Shown here piece after piece: positions 9,200 through 19,289 of a stretch of 64,000 nucleotides of DNA (position 1 is the first letter of the stretch; every line of letters starts with the position of its first letter). This stretch comes from Acidobacteriota bacterium (GTDB taxonomy: Bacteria > Acidobacteriota > Terriglobia > Versatilivoradales > Versatilivoraceae): positions 12,666 to 76,665 of the forward strand of contig JAPPDF010000084.1 of the NCBI GenBank assembly GCA_028875575.1. The letters are read 5' to 3'. The position numbers and the translations under genes are program-made. Under the pieces are notes generated by a model. It was not told the DNA's origin, ran no database searches, and worked only from the letters and a program-made list of their open reading frames with translations.

Positions 9200-11812
9200 A
9201 CGAAGGGGAAGGTAGAGGGTCGACGCAGCCACTGGCGGCTGCCGATCCCGGGAGTCGTCCTGCTGGCGGGATCGGTGCTGGCGGCCATGGCGCTGCCCGG
9301 CGTGGCCATCGCCGAAGAAGCTGGGGCGGTGACGCCGCCCGAGGCATCGCAGCCTGTGGTGTCGCTGCGCCTGCTTCCCGACGATCCCCAGATCTGGGGG
9401 GCTGAGGCGTCCCAGCAGTTCCTGCTGCTGGCCCGGTTCGCCGATGGCCTGGAGCGGGATGTCACCGACCAGGGTCGCTACAACCTCTCCGACCCGCAGG
9501 TGGCCGAGGTGGATGGGGACGGCAAGGTGGTGGCCCGTTCCAACGGAAGGGTCGTGCTGACGGCCGCCTTTCAGGACCGGACCGCCAGCACCGGGGTCGT
9601 GATCGATGGGATCTCCGAGGAGCGGCCCTTCAGCTTTGCCCGGGACATCGGTGCCATCTTCACCAAGACGGGATGCAACAACAGCGAGTGCCACGGGGGC
9701 GTCAAGGGACAGGGAGGCTTGAAGCTGTCGGTGAATGCGCTGTTTCCCAAGGAGGACTACCGCTGGATCACCGAAGGGGGGATCTACCAGGTGATGTCGG
9801 CGGAGGCAGCCGGGGAGAAGACTCCCCGGGTCAATCTGAAGGAGCCCGAACAGTCGCTGCTGCTGCTGAAGCCCACGCTGGCGGTGCCCCACGGAGGAGG
9901 CCAGCGGCTCAATCCGGAGTCCTCCAGTTATCGCACTCTGTTGCGCTGGATCCGGGATGGCGCGCCCTACGGCGAGGAAGGCAGCGAAGAGATCGCTCGC
10001 ATCGAGCGTTTGGAGGTCCTGCCCCGAGAGGTGGTCCTGGACCGCAAGGGGCGGCACCGTCTGCTGGTCACCGCCCATATGTCCAACGGACGCCGCGAAG
10101 ACGTTTCCGAGCAGGTGCTCTACGAGTCCAACGACCACGAGATCGTGGAGGTGGACGAGTCGGGAGTGGTGAGGGCCATGGGGGTCGGTGAGAGCGCCGT
10201 GATGATTCGAGCGGCCGGGCAGGCCACCAGCGCCCGGTTCGGCGTCATTGCCAAACCCCTGCCTCGCTATCCCGAGGTGGCGAAGAGGAACTACGTCGAC
10301 GAGCACGTATTCGGAAAGCTGGAGCGCTTCAACATCATTCCCTCCGAAACCTCCAGCGACAGCGAGTTCCTGCGGCGCGTCTGCCTGGACCTGACCGGAA
10401 CCCTGCCACCGCCCGAAAGGGTTCGCGAGTTTCTGTCGAGCCGGGATCCCGACAAGCGGGATGCCCTGATCGAGACGCTCCTGAACTCCCCCGAGTACGT
10501 CGACTACTGGACCTATTTCTTCAGCGAGGTGCTCAGAGTCTATTCCGGGGCGACGCTCAATGCGGAGCATGCGCTCATCTACGAGGATTGGGTTCGAAAG
10601 AACATTGCCGGCAACGCTCCCTACGACCGGATGGCGAGAGAGCGGCTGGCGGCCCAGGGCTTCAGCGGTCCGGCCTGGTCCTATTGGACCTTCCGCGACC
10701 TGACCCCGGTTCCCGAGATCGCCACCGAGCAGATCCGGGTGTTCCTGGGACGGAGGCTGGGGTGCGCCCAGTGCCACAACCACCCCTTCGAGAACTGGAG
10801 CCAGGACCAGTTCTGGGGGCTGGCGGCCTTCTTCGGCGACATGACCCAGATCATGGAGGTCGAGAAGATACGGGGTCCCTATTTCGTGATCGACGACATC
10901 GGGGGGCATGGCCGCCGCAAGGATCGAAGTCCGGCCAAGATCCTCCATCCCAGGACCAAGGAGCAGGTCCGGCCCAGCTTCCCCGACGGCAGCGTTCTTC
11001 CCGACAGCGAACGGCGGGACCTGCGCATGAAATTGGCCGAATGGATGACCGCGCCGGAGAACCCCTACTTTGCCGAGGCCATCGTCAATCGCGTCTGGGG
11101 CCACTTTTTCGGAAGGGGCCTGGTGGAACCGGTGGATGACTTCCGCGCGACCAACCCGCCGACCCATCCCGAACTGCTGAAGGAGCTGTCCCGGAATTTC
11201 GTGGATCACGGCTACGATCTGAAGGATCTGTTGCGAACCCTCCTGCGCTCTCGAACCTATCAGTTGTCGGGGCGGGCCAACGAGACCAACCGGGACGACA
11301 AGGTCAACTATTCCCGGGCCTTGCCCCGCCTGCTGGAAGCGCCGGTGTTGCTGGATGCCATTTCTCGGGCCACGGGGGTGGATTCGGAGCTCATTGTCTC
11401 CGACGAACCCGATGCCTCCAGCGGTGCTCCTCCGGGTACGCGGGCCATCAGCCTGATTCCGGGAATGGTTCCTTCGCCCTTCTTCGAGGTCTACAACCGC
11501 AACGATCGCCGGGGCGTGCCGGAGAACAAGCCCCAGCTCACCCTGCTGCAGAGCCTGCACCGGCTGTCGGGACCGACCTTCACCACTCGGCTGACCCAGG
11601 AAGGCAGCCGGGTGGACCGTCTGTTGAAGCAGGGGGCCGGCGACCGACAGATTATCGAGGAACTCTACCTCTCGGCCTTGACCCGCTTCCCCTCCGACCG
11701 GGAGCTTTCCGGGATCGAGGCCAAGCTGGGCGAGCAGCCGTCGCGCCGGGAAGGGTTGCAGTCTCTGGCCTGGGCGCTTGTCAGTTCGCGGGAATTTGTC
11801 CATAATCATTGA
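9200..11812 (+). CDS. PSCyt1 / Big-2 / DUF1549 / DUF1553 (PSD1) domain protein
   Basis: Planctomycete cytochrome-c motif TGCNNSECHGG and DUF1553 motif CAQCHNHPFENWSQDQFWGLAAFF. Signal peptide starts at the ATG at 9200 (GGAGG RBS). The ORF is open from 9161. Confidence 0.85.
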   Translation, partial: TKGKVEGRRSHWRLPIPGVVLLAGSVLAAMALPGVAIAEEAGAVTPPEASQPVVSLRLLPDDPQIWGAEASQQFLLLARFADGLERDVTDQGRYNLSDPQVAEVDGDGKVVARSNGRVVLTAAFQDRTASTGVVIDGISEERPFSFARDIGAIFTKTGCNNSECHGGVKGQGGLKLSVNALFPKEDYRWITEGGIYQVMSAEAAGEKTPRVNLKEPEQSLLLLKPTLAVPHGGGQRLNPESSSYRTLLRWIRDGAPYGEEGSEEIARIERLEVLPREVVLDRKGRHRLLVTAHMSNGRREDVSEQVLYESNDHEIVEVDESGVVRAMGVGESAVMIRAAGQATSARFGVIAKPLPRYPEVAKRNYVDEHVFGKLERFNIIPSETSSDSEFLRRVCLDLTGTLPPPERVREFLSSRDPDKRDALIETLLNSPEYVDYWTYFFSEVLRVYSGATLNAEHALIYEDWVRKNIAGNAPYDRMARERLAAQGFSGPAWSYWTFRDLTPVPEIATEQIRVFLGRRLGCAQCHNHPFENWSQDQFWGLAAFFGDMTQIMEVEKIRGPYFVIDDIGGHGRRKDRSPAKILHPRTKEQVRPSFPDGSVLPDSERRDLRMKLAEWMTAPENPYFAEAIVNRVWGHFFGRGLVEPVDDFRATNPPTHPELLKELSRNFVDHGYDLKDLLRTLLRSRTYQLSGRANETNRDDKVNYSRALPRLLEAPVLLDAISRATGVDSELIVSDEPDASSGAPPGTRAISLIPGMVPSPFFEVYNRNDRRGVPENKPQLTLLQSLHRLSGPTFTTRLTQEGSRVDRLLKQGAGDRQIIEELYLSALTRFPSDRELSGIEAKLGEQPSRREGLQSLAWALVSSREFVHNH

Positions 11813-11854
11813 GGCTTGCGTGCCGGCTTGGCCGGACAAAAACAGGAGAATCCG

Positions 11855-13186
11855 ATGAAAAGGCAAGGAAGGCTCCAAGAACCCTGGCCGCATCCTTTGG
11901 GACGGCGGGAATTCCTGAGGGTGGGCGCCTTGAGCTATCTGGGCCTCAGCCTGAGCGAGTATTTCCAGTTGTCCAGCCTTATGGCCGCCCCCACCGCCAA
12001 ACAGGCCAAGGCGCAGTCCTGCATTCTCATCTGGATGCACGGCGGGCAGAGCCACCTGGATACCTGGGACGTGAAGGGAAACAGCGGCTTCAAGCCCATC
12101 TCCACCAACGTGCCCGGAATCCAGATCTCGGAGCTGCTGCCCCGGGTGTCCCGGCACATGGACAAGCTGTCGATCATCCGCTCGATGAAGAACGAGTCCA
12201 ACGCCCATTCCGAAGGTACCTACTACGCCATGACGGGGCATATGCCGACCACCACCACCCGCTTTCCCAGCGTGGGCACCGTGGTTGCCAAGGAACTGGG
12301 CACGCGCACCAGCGTTCCGGCCTACGTGACCACCGGACGGGGACGTCTGAACTGCCGCAGCGCCGGGTTCGTGGAGCCCCACTACGAACCGTTCATCATC
12401 CCGGAGCCGGGGTCCAAGGATTTCAAGGTCACCGACCTTGTCTTGCCCGATGAGGTCTCGGTGGACGCCCTCCATGCCCGGCACGCCTTCTTGAAGCTGG
12501 TGGACGAACGCTACCGGCGGATGGAGAACCACGCCAACTTCGCCAAGGTCGACTCCTTTAACGAGAGGGCGCTCAACCTCATTACCTCACCGGCGGTCCG
12601 CAACGCCTTCGATCTCTCCCAGGAATCGGAAAAGATCAAGGAGGCCTACGGCCCTGGACGGTTTGGACAGGGAACACTGCTGGCCCGCCGGCTGGTGGAA
12701 GCGGGATGTCGATTTGTGACCATCGACGGCTGGAACAAGGAAGCCAAGCACGATTGGGACACCCATTACAGGAACGACTACTACGTGAAGGAAGAACTCG
12801 TTCCGCCTTTGGATCGCGCCCTCTCCACTCTGCTGGTTGACCTCAAGGAACGAGGCCTGTTCGAGTCCACCATCGTCCTGGTAATGGGTGAGTTCGGCCG
12901 CACCCCCAACATCAATCCGGGTCGGGGGCGAGACCATTGGGGTCACTGCTGGTCCCTGGTGCTGGGAGGCGGCGGCATCAAGGGAGGCCAGGTGGTGGGA
13001 GCCAGCGATGAGCGGGGGGCCTACGTGGCGGAACGTCTGGTCACCATCGGGGACCTCTTCGCCACCGTCTACAAGGCCCTGGGCATCGATTGGACCAAGA
13101 CCTACCTGGGTCCCGGACGCCGGCCCATCTACATCGCCAACTCCATCGGCGACAAGCAGGGAGAGCCCGTCCACGAGCTGGTTTGA
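11855..13186 (+). CDS. DUF1501 domain protein (sulfatase-like, Tat-exported); partner of the DUF1549/DUF1553 protein
   Basis: Tat motif RREFLRVG. DUF1501 signature HWGHCWSLVLGGGGIKGG. AGGAG RBS. Conserved pairing with the upstream gene. Confidence 0.85.
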   Translation: MKRQGRLQEPWPHPLGRREFLRVGALSYLGLSLSEYFQLSSLMAAPTAKQAKAQSCILIWMHGGQSHLDTWDVKGNSGFKPISTNVPGIQISELLPRVSRHMDKLSIIRSMKNESNAHSEGTYYAMTGHMPTTTTRFPSVGTVVAKELGTRTSVPAYVTTGRGRLNCRSAGFVEPHYEPFIIPEPGSKDFKVTDLVLPDEVSVDALHARHAFLKLVDERYRRMENHANFAKVDSFNERALNLITSPAVRNAFDLSQESEKIKEAYGPGRFGQGTLLARRLVEAGCRFVTIDGWNKEAKHDWDTHYRNDYYVKEELVPPLDRALSTLLVDLKERGLFESTIVLVMGEFGRTPNINPGRGRDHWGHCWSLVLGGGGIKGGQVVGASDERGAYVAERLVTIGDLFATVYKALGIDWTKTYLGPGRRPIYIANSIGDKQGEPVHELV

Positions 13187-13233
13187 GGAGTTGACCGGCG
13201 CCGACCGCGGAATCCGGAAGGACGCCAGGGAGA

Positions 13234-13276
13234 AAAAGGGTCATCCACGAAATCCGTGGTTGACCCTTTTTTCTGT
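13234..13276. terminator. Bidirectional rho-independent terminator hairpin between convergent genes
   Basis: aaaagggtca-tccacg-aaat-ccgtgg-t-tgaccctttt forms a perfect 10-bp outer stem plus an inner stem, followed by a T-run. It sits between the DUF1501 (+) and enolase-superfamily (-) genes. Confidence 0.55.
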
Positions 13277-13386
13277 TTCACCCACCCATGATCCGCCCGG
13301 CGGGGTGGCAGGTCTCGCCCGCATGTCCCGGCGGGTCGCCAGGAGCCGCGGAGCTCCATCCTCGAGCCCGGCGCATTTCTTCCCGA

Positions 13387-14646
13387 CTACGTCCCGAAGT
13401 AAGTTTCCCCTTCCATCAGGTACTTCCGGGTCTCCTCTTCGTCCAGTTCCACCCCCAGCCCCGGACCCTCGGGGATATCGATAAAGCCGTTGCTGATCTT
13501 GGGCCTGTATCCCTTGAGGATGCGGTCCCAACCGGGCATGGCGTGGAACTCCAGCGCCAGCAGGTTGGGCATGGCGGCGCAGGAGTGAACCGCGGCGGCA
13601 ATGCCTATGGGGCTGGAGGCGTTGTGAGGACAGGTCTGCAGGTGGTGGATGTCGGCCAGGTCCGCAATCTTCTTGGATTCGGCAATGCCGCCGCTGACCT
13701 GGATGTCGGGGGCCACCATGCGGGTGGCCGACCGCCGGAAGAATTCCAGGAACTCGTGGCGCAGGTGGAGTCCCTCCCCAACCAGGGTCGGCGTGTGCGA
13801 GGATGCCGTCAGGGTCGCCCAGGCCTCGACGTCGGTAGCCGGGATGGGATCCTCGACCCAGGTGAGGTCGAAGGGCTCCACGGCCTTGAGGTAGCGCATG
13901 GCATTGGACAGGGTTCCGCAGCGGGCCTCGACCGAGATTTCCACCTCCTCGCCGACTTCCCGCCGGATGTCCTCGATCTGACGAACCAGCGTGCTCAAGC
14001 CCTTGCGCGTCAGGTGACGGTCCATGACGCCGCCCGGGACCCCAAGCACCTTGGGGGGCGTGGCATCGAATTTCAGGCAGGTGATGCCCAACTCCCGATA
14101 GACGTCGGCCATGCCCAGATAATCCTGCAGGTCTCCCACGCAGCAATAGAGACGCACCCGGTCCCAATGCCTTCCGCCCAGCAGCTTGTATACCGGGGCG
14201 CCCAAGGCTTTCCCGGCAATGTCCCAAAGGGCGGTTTCCACGCCGCTGGCGGCATGGGCGGCCACGCCGCTGTCGAAATGGGCGGCGCCGAAAGTGCCGT
14301 AGGCCCGCCCCATCATCCGTCGAAACAGCCTCTCGACGTCGGTGGGATCCTCGCCCAAAAGCAACGGGCGGTAACCCAGCACATGGGCTCGGGCGGCATC
14401 GTTGGCCCAGGTGTCGCCGTAGCCGCTGATTCCCTGGTCGGTATCGACGCGGATCAACATCCAGCGCCGCCGCCAGCCCCAGTCCACCTCCAGCATGGTG
14501 GTCTTCACGTCGGTGATGCGGATCTCGGGCTTGGGTTTGGTTCCGGCGGCATGAATGGAATTCCGATCATGACCGGAGCCCACCAGCAGGGCGCCGGTCG
14601 CACCGGTCAGCGATGACAGAAAGTGGCGGCGATCGAAGGCCAACAT
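13387..14646 (-). CDS. Mandelate racemase/muconate lactonizing enzyme family (enolase superfamily) protein with Tat signal
   Basis: N-terminal RRHFLSSLTGATGALLV Tat signal. The MR_MLE pattern is present (KFDATPP..., catalytic Asp/Glu region EDPIP). Confidence 0.8.
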   Translation of the reverse strand: MLAFDRRHFLSSLTGATGALLVGSGHDRNSIHAAGTKPKPEIRITDVKTTMLEVDWGWRRRWMLIRVDTDQGISGYGDTWANDAARAHVLGYRPLLLGEDPTDVERLFRRMMGRAYGTFGAAHFDSGVAAHAASGVETALWDIAGKALGAPVYKLLGGRHWDRVRLYCCVGDLQDYLGMADVYRELGITCLKFDATPPKVLGVPGGVMDRHLTRKGLSTLVRQIEDIRREVGEEVEISVEARCGTLSNAMRYLKAVEPFDLTWVEDPIPATDVEAWATLTASSHTPTLVGEGLHLRHEFLEFFRRSATRMVAPDIQVSGGIAESKKIADLADIHHLQTCPHNASSPIGIAAAVHSCAAMPNLLALEFHAMPGWDRILKGYRPKISNGFIDIPEGPGLGVELDEEETRKYLMEGETYFGT

Positions 14647-14832
14647 GACAGTCCTCCTATGTTTGGATTAAAGACGACCGGTCTTCTCCGGGGTTTCCCG
14701 TCCGGGTTGGCTTCCCGCCGAGGATGCGGCATAATTCGGCGGTCCAGCTTCCAGCATGCGCGGGTGCGTTCCACACCGGGGGTCTCTCTCGGGTAACCAG
14801 GTACCTGCAAGAATCGATCATCAGGAGGAATC

Positions 14833-16110
14833 ATGCAAGCGAGAAAAGGAGTTCCCGGTCTGGTACTGGCCCTGTTTCTGGCCAGCGGCGGTTGTTCCGG
14901 AACGAAGACTCCGCCCCGGAGCCAGCCGGTGGTGGAAGTGGGAGCCAGCCGGATCGTTCCCGGGGCTGCTGCCGGGGGACACTGGAGCGTGGGACCGCTG
15001 TTGTCTCTTCAGGACGGAACATTGGCTCTGGGGGACACCGGGCACTCCCATCGGTCCAGCGACGGTGGCGGCACTTGGCAGCAGGCGCCTGAACTTCCCA
15101 GCCGTCAACTGCTGCAGCTTCGGGATGGATCCTTTTGCGTGCTCGATCCCCTGACCCGGCATGCCGAAGAACGCGGACACTTCGTGGGCCGCCGACTGGA
15201 ACTGGCCGAACTGGATGATCCTTCCTCCTGGGCCGAGGATCGGTGGACGGAGCTGCCGGTGAGGGTGGAGCGCTGGACCGACCTGCACGGCGACGACGGA
15301 CGGCCCGTCACTACCTTCAAGTTTGGCGGCCCCATGCTGGAACTGGAGGACGGCACTTTGCTGACGGCCAAGGGTGGAAATTTCGTGGGCGACACGGCGC
15401 CGATGCCCGGGTTTATTCCGACCAAGGGAGAGAAGTGGTTCAAGTACCGCACCTTTCTGATGGCTTCCACCGACCGCGGCCGGAGCTGGCACTATCGCTC
15501 CACGGTCGCCTACGACGGCGTCAGCGGGCAGGAGAGCTTTTGCGAGCCGGCCTTGGTGGATCTGGGCGGGGGCGAGCTTCTCAGCGTCATGAGGACCGGG
15601 CGCTACGCACCCATGTACCAGGCACGCTCCATGGACGGAGGCAAGACCTGGGGGACTCCGGAACCCCTGAAGACGCTGGGGCTCTCGCCCATGATGGTGG
15701 TTCTGCCCAATGGCGCCCTGGTGTGCAGCTTCGGATGGAGACCCTTCAAGGCCATTCCTTCCCAAGTGGATGGCGGCGCCTATGTCGGGGCCCTCAGGGA
15801 CTATCGGCAGCGGTACCGGTCGCTGGTCGGCATCGAGGATCCCTCGGCGGTCGCCGGGGACTACGTCATGGCCAGTTTCGACAAGGGACACACCTGGAGC
15901 AGGCCCGTCAAGGTCGCCGATCCGCTCACGGTGGGCTATACCCTGCTGGCTCCGACCGGTCCCGACACCTGCCTGCTATTGTCCCGCCGGATCGTGATCG
16001 ACGGCCTGTCCAGAGAAGAGGTCCTTCAGAAGTGGGAGAGCGAATGGCACGACTGGAACGACAAGTCCGGCGCCGTCATTGAAGCCCGCGAGATCCGGGT
16101 GACGCGGTGA
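14833..16110 (+). CDS. BNR-repeat sialidase-like glycoside hydrolase lipoprotein
   Basis: Lipobox LASGGC. Several BNR motifs (STDRGRSW, DGGKTWG, DKGHTWS). AGGAGG RBS. Confidence 0.7.
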   Translation: MQARKGVPGLVLALFLASGGCSGTKTPPRSQPVVEVGASRIVPGAAAGGHWSVGPLLSLQDGTLALGDTGHSHRSSDGGGTWQQAPELPSRQLLQLRDGSFCVLDPLTRHAEERGHFVGRRLELAELDDPSSWAEDRWTELPVRVERWTDLHGDDGRPVTTFKFGGPMLELEDGTLLTAKGGNFVGDTAPMPGFIPTKGEKWFKYRTFLMASTDRGRSWHYRSTVAYDGVSGQESFCEPALVDLGGGELLSVMRTGRYAPMYQARSMDGGKTWGTPEPLKTLGLSPMMVVLPNGALVCSFGWRPFKAIPSQVDGGAYVGALRDYRQRYRSLVGIEDPSAVAGDYVMASFDKGHTWSRPVKVADPLTVGYTLLAPTGPDTCLLLSRRIVIDGLSREEVLQKWESEWHDWNDKSGAVIEAREIRVTR

Positions 16111-16140
16111 ACGGAAGCATTTGCGGGCCTGGCCGCAAGG

Positions 16141-16190
16141 GCAAAAAGAGTTGTCCACGAAGTGACACGAAGGACGACGAAGGGCCATGA
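16141..16190 (+). repeat. CACGAAGG-unit short interspersed repeat, copy A
   Basis: aaagagttgtccacgaagtgacacgaaggacgacgaagggcc. Same family as copies at 18201, 22882, 24759 and 45841. Confidence 0.7.
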
Positions 16191-16249
16191 GGAATAACTG
16201 AATCGGAAGGGGCTGTTTCGTCGAGAAGCGGCGGCAAGGAATCGGTTCG

Positions 16250-17020
16250 TCAAACCTGCATCGAGAAACCGCCATCGACCGGAATGGCCGCGCCGGTCAC
16301 GAAGTCGGAGCCGGGAGAGGCCAGAAAGACGGCCGTTCCCGCGCAGTCCTTCAGGGTTCCCCAGCGTCCGGCCGGAGTCCTCTTCAAGACGTGCTCATGC
16401 AGGGTGGGAACGTCCCGGCGGCCCTGCCGGGTGAGGTCGGTGTCGATAAAGCCGGGAAGGATGGCGTTGACCTGAATGCCGTCCGCCGCCCAGGCCGAGG
16501 CCAGCGACTTGGTGAGCTGCACCACCCCTCCCTTGCTGGCTCCATAGGCCGGGCTGAAGGACGCGCCGAAGAGGGACAGCATCGAGCCGATGTTGATGAT
16601 CTTGCCACCTCCGGCGCTCTTCATGGCCGGGTAAGCCGCCTGGGAGCAGAGGAAGGTTCCGGTAAGGTTGATCTGCAGGACCTCGGACCACTCGGGCAGG
16701 GTCAGCTTCTCGGGAGTCTTGCGGATGTTGATGCCGGCGTTGTTGACCAGAATGTCCAGGCGCCCGAAACGGTCCAGGGCGGATTGCATCAGGGCCTGGA
16801 CCGATGACTCGTCGCCGACGTCTACGTTTGCCGCCAGCGCCTCGCCCCCTTCCTCCTGAATTTCCCGGACCACCTGGCGGGATTTCTCCTCGTTTCTGGC
16901 CGCCACGACCACTCCCGCCCCCGCTTCGGCGAAGCCCCGGACGATCCCCAGGCCGATGCCTCGGTTGCCTCCGGTGACTATGGCGACTTTTCCACTCAGG
17001 TCAAACGACGCATATACCAT
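16250..17020 (-). CDS. SDR family oxidoreductase (gluconate 5-dehydrogenase / 2-deoxy-D-gluconate 3-dehydrogenase-like)
   Basis: VTGGNRGIGLGI, NNAG and YGASKGG motifs. 256 aa. Confidence 0.85.
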   Translation of the reverse strand: MVYASFDLSGKVAIVTGGNRGIGLGIVRGFAEAGAGVVVAARNEEKSRQVVREIQEEGGEALAANVDVGDESSVQALMQSALDRFGRLDILVNNAGINIRKTPEKLTLPEWSEVLQINLTGTFLCSQAAYPAMKSAGGGKIINIGSMLSLFGASFSPAYGASKGGVVQLTKSLASAWAADGIQVNAILPGFIDTDLTRQGRRDVPTLHEHVLKRTPAGRWGTLKDCAGTAVFLASPGSDFVTGAAIPVDGGFSMQV

Positions 17021-17288
17021 GGTTCAGGGTTCTCCAGTGGGGAAGGTTGCGGAGATCGAAGGGGTCTTGTTCAGGGCCACGCGATGAGAATTGAGGGCCA
17101 GGGCCGGCAACTCATCAAGATCCCGGCAGGGCCGCAGATCGCGTGTGGGCAGGTAGGTACCACAGCGCAAAAAGGGTTGTCAAAGGCAATTATCGACGGG
17201 GGTGAAGCCCCTGCGGCGGGTCCGTCGACCGTGATATAGTCTGCTGCGCCATTCACTTTCAGCCCCGCGGGTCAAGGAGGCCGCCCCC

Positions 17289-17810
17289 ATGGATGACTTC
17301 AAATCGCTGATCCGTCACGTTCCCGATTTCCCCAAGAAGGGCATTCTCTTTTACGACATCACCACCCTGCTCAAGCAGAATGGGGCCTTGAACGAGGTGA
17401 CGGAGCAACTGGTAAATCTCTACCAAGGCCAGGCCATCGACCTGGTGGTGGGGGTCGAGTCCCGGGGCTTCATATTTGCGCCTATGGTGGCCTGCCGGTT
17501 GGGGGCCGGGTTCGTGCCGGTCCGAAAACCGGGAAAGCTCCCTGCCGAAGCCATTACCGAAACCTACGACCTGGAGTACGGCCAGGACAGCCTGGAGGTC
17601 CACCGGGATGCCATCCGGGAGGGGCAGCGGGTTCTGCTGGTGGATGACCTGCTGGCGACCGGGGGCACCGCGGCCGCCACGGTGCGGCTGGTTCGGCGGT
17701 TGGGGGGGCAGGTGGTGGGCGCCGCCTTCCTGGTGGAGCTGGAGTTCCTCAACGGCCGCGCCCGCCTGCCCGACGTCGAGGTCCGTTCCCTGCTGCAGTA
17801 CCAGGAGTAG
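17289..17810 (+). CDS. apt: Adenine phosphoribosyltransferase
   Basis: 173 aa. PRPP-binding [14 protein letters not shown]-terminus [16 protein letters not shown] is typical of Apt. Confidence 0.9.
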   Translation: MDDFKSLIRHVPDFPKKGILFYDITTLLKQNGALNEVTEQLVNLYQGQAIDLVVGVESRGFIFAPMVACRLGAGFVPVRKPGKLPAEAITETYDLEYGQDSLEVHRDAIREGQRVLLVDDLLATGGTAAATVRLVRRLGGQVVGAAFLVELEFLNGRARLPDVEVRSLLQYQE

Positions 17811-17906
17811 CGCCTTCCCGACCTTTGGGCTGGATCTCCTATGTGGCGCTCTTGCCGATTCCGTCCCCCCCACCGGTTCGACTGCGGGCGGAGCCCTTGT
17901 CTCACC

Positions 17907-17988
17907 GACTCCCCCTCCAGGGGGGAGTGATTGAGGCCAGCACAAGGCTTCCAGTAGAACTCTATCACTCCCCCCTGGAGGGGGAGTC
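17907..17988. repeat. Perfect 25-nt inverted repeat pair (cruciform/hairpin-capable)
   Basis: gactccccctccaggggggagtgat at 17907-17931 and its exact reverse complement at 17964-17988. Each arm is itself near-palindromic. Confidence 0.7.
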
Positions 17989-18200
17989 GCAGAAGCCGAG
18001 CCGGATGGCGAAGGCTGATGCGGTGGGGGGCAATGCTCGGATCCGGACCGTGCGACAGCGCCTCTCAGACCAGTTGAAACAGAAGGTACTTCAGGTAAGT
18101 GCCGCCCCTGCCCTGGCGGCTCCTCCCGTCACTCTCGTTCCTCGAGGGCACGCAGGCCGGCTTGCCGGGACGCAGTCCTGCCGATGCGCCTGAGCCGTCT

Positions 18201-18234
18201 CACTTCGTGGCCCTTCGTGGATAACTCTTTTTCC
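18201..18234 (-). repeat. CACGAAGG-unit short interspersed repeat, copy B (reverse orientation)
   Basis: The reverse complement reads ggaaaaagagttatccacgaagggccacgaagtg. Confidence 0.65.
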
Positions 18235-18245
18235 CGCGGGCTCGC

Positions 18246-19289
18246 CTACGGGCCTCCCTGGTTTGCAGCCAGCATGCTGTCGATCTCTTTCTGCAGGGTT
18301 GGGGCGATGGGGGCGTCGGGGTGGTGTTGAAGGAACTGGTCCAGGAAGAACTGAGCCCGGATGGGGTCCTTGTTGAGAAGCTGTATTTTCACCAGCAGTC
18401 CGAATGAAGGCGCCGCTCGGACGGGCGCCAGCCGGGTGGCCGTTTCGAGGTGCTGCTCGGCGGCGTAGTGACGACCTTGCTGAAAGCGGGCTTCTCCCAG
18501 TGCCTGGTGGGCTTCAGCGAAGCTGGGGTCGTATTCCAGAGCCTGCCGGTATCGTTGAATGGCCCGGTCCAGCATGCCCTGGTTGTGGAAGATGACCCCC
18601 AGGTTGAAGTTGGGCCTGGCCGAGTTGCTGCGAAGCTCGATGGCCCTCAGGTAGGAGCGGGTGGCATTCTCCCACTGTTCCAGCGCCTGGTAGTGAACTC
18701 CCAGGTTGTAGTGGGCCTCAAAAAATTCGGGTTGGGCCTTCACGGCCTTCTGAAGGTGGCGGATGGCCTTGGCCCGGTCTCCCTTGGCGGCGGCCGCCGA
18801 GGCCTTCAAGTAGGCCCGACCCGCCTTCCTGCTGACTTTCTTTGACTGTTCCTCGGCCTTGCGGTCCGACGGAAGGGAACCGGAGGCCTTCACCACCTCC
18901 CGGAAGGAAGCGGACTCGTTGCCCTTGAGCCGGATGTCCAGGACCACCGTGCGGGGTTCCTCGTATTTCCTGATCTCCAGTGGACGTCCCACGGAGGCGA
19001 AATCGGGTCGCTCGATGGTGAGAAGATAGTCTCCCGAGGTCAGGGATTCGAAGACGAAGGAGCCGTCATACCCCACGGTTTTGCGACCAACCTGGCTGCC
19101 GTCCGGCCGGGAGAGAACGACGCTGATGGTCTGGCCCGGACGGCCGTCTTGGGTGAGGACCCGTCCGGCCACCGAATGGCGGATGGGTTCCTCCTGGCCG
19201 GCCATCGGCACGCCCGGCGCAGCCGACAGAACAAGGGCGAGAAACGCCGGAAAACTCAACGGCAAAACCCTGTTCCGCAGACTTTCCAT
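18246..19289 (-). CDS. Secreted TPR-repeat protein with N-terminal carboxypeptidase-regulatory-like beta-sandwich domain
   Basis: Signal peptide, then a CarbopepD_reg-like segment (GRVLTQDGRPGQTISVVL...GDYLLTIE). TPR repeats follow (AHYNLGVHYQALEQWENA etc). Start ATG at 19289 has an AGGGGA RBS. Confidence 0.7.
   Translation of the reverse strand: MESLRNRVLPLSFPAFLALVLSAAPGVPMAGQEEPIRHSVAGRVLTQDGRPGQTISVVLSRPDGSQVGRKTVGYDGSFVFESLTSGDYLLTIERPDFASVGRPLEIRKYEEPRTVVLDIRLKGNESASFREVVKASGSLPSDRKAEEQSKKVSRKAGRAYLKASAAAAKGDRAKAIRHLQKAVKAQPEFFEAHYNLGVHYQALEQWENATRSYLRAIELRSNSARPNFNLGVIFHNQGMLDRAIQRYRQALEYDPSFAEAHQALGEARFQQGRHYAAEQHLETATRLAPVRAAPSFGLLVKIQLLNKDPIRAQFFLDQFLQHHPDAPIAPTLQKEIDSMLAANQGGP

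Noticed and set aside
9155-12532. 1125-aa ORF on the minus strand
   Set aside because: It lies entirely antisense to the well-supported PSCyt1/DUF1553 and DUF1501 genes. It has a low-complexity Gly/Pro/Arg-rich translation, typical of spurious long ORFs in GC-rich DNA.
13288-14616. 442-aa plus-strand ORF
   Set aside because: Antisense to the enolase-superfamily gene, which has clear family motifs and a Tat signal. The translation is Gly/Ala/Pro-rich noise.
17825-18193. 122-aa ORF spanning the 25-nt inverted repeat
   Set aside because: The peptide mirror-repeats SPLQGG/SPLEGE caused by the palindrome. It has no start context and lies in intergenic space between convergent or divergent genes.
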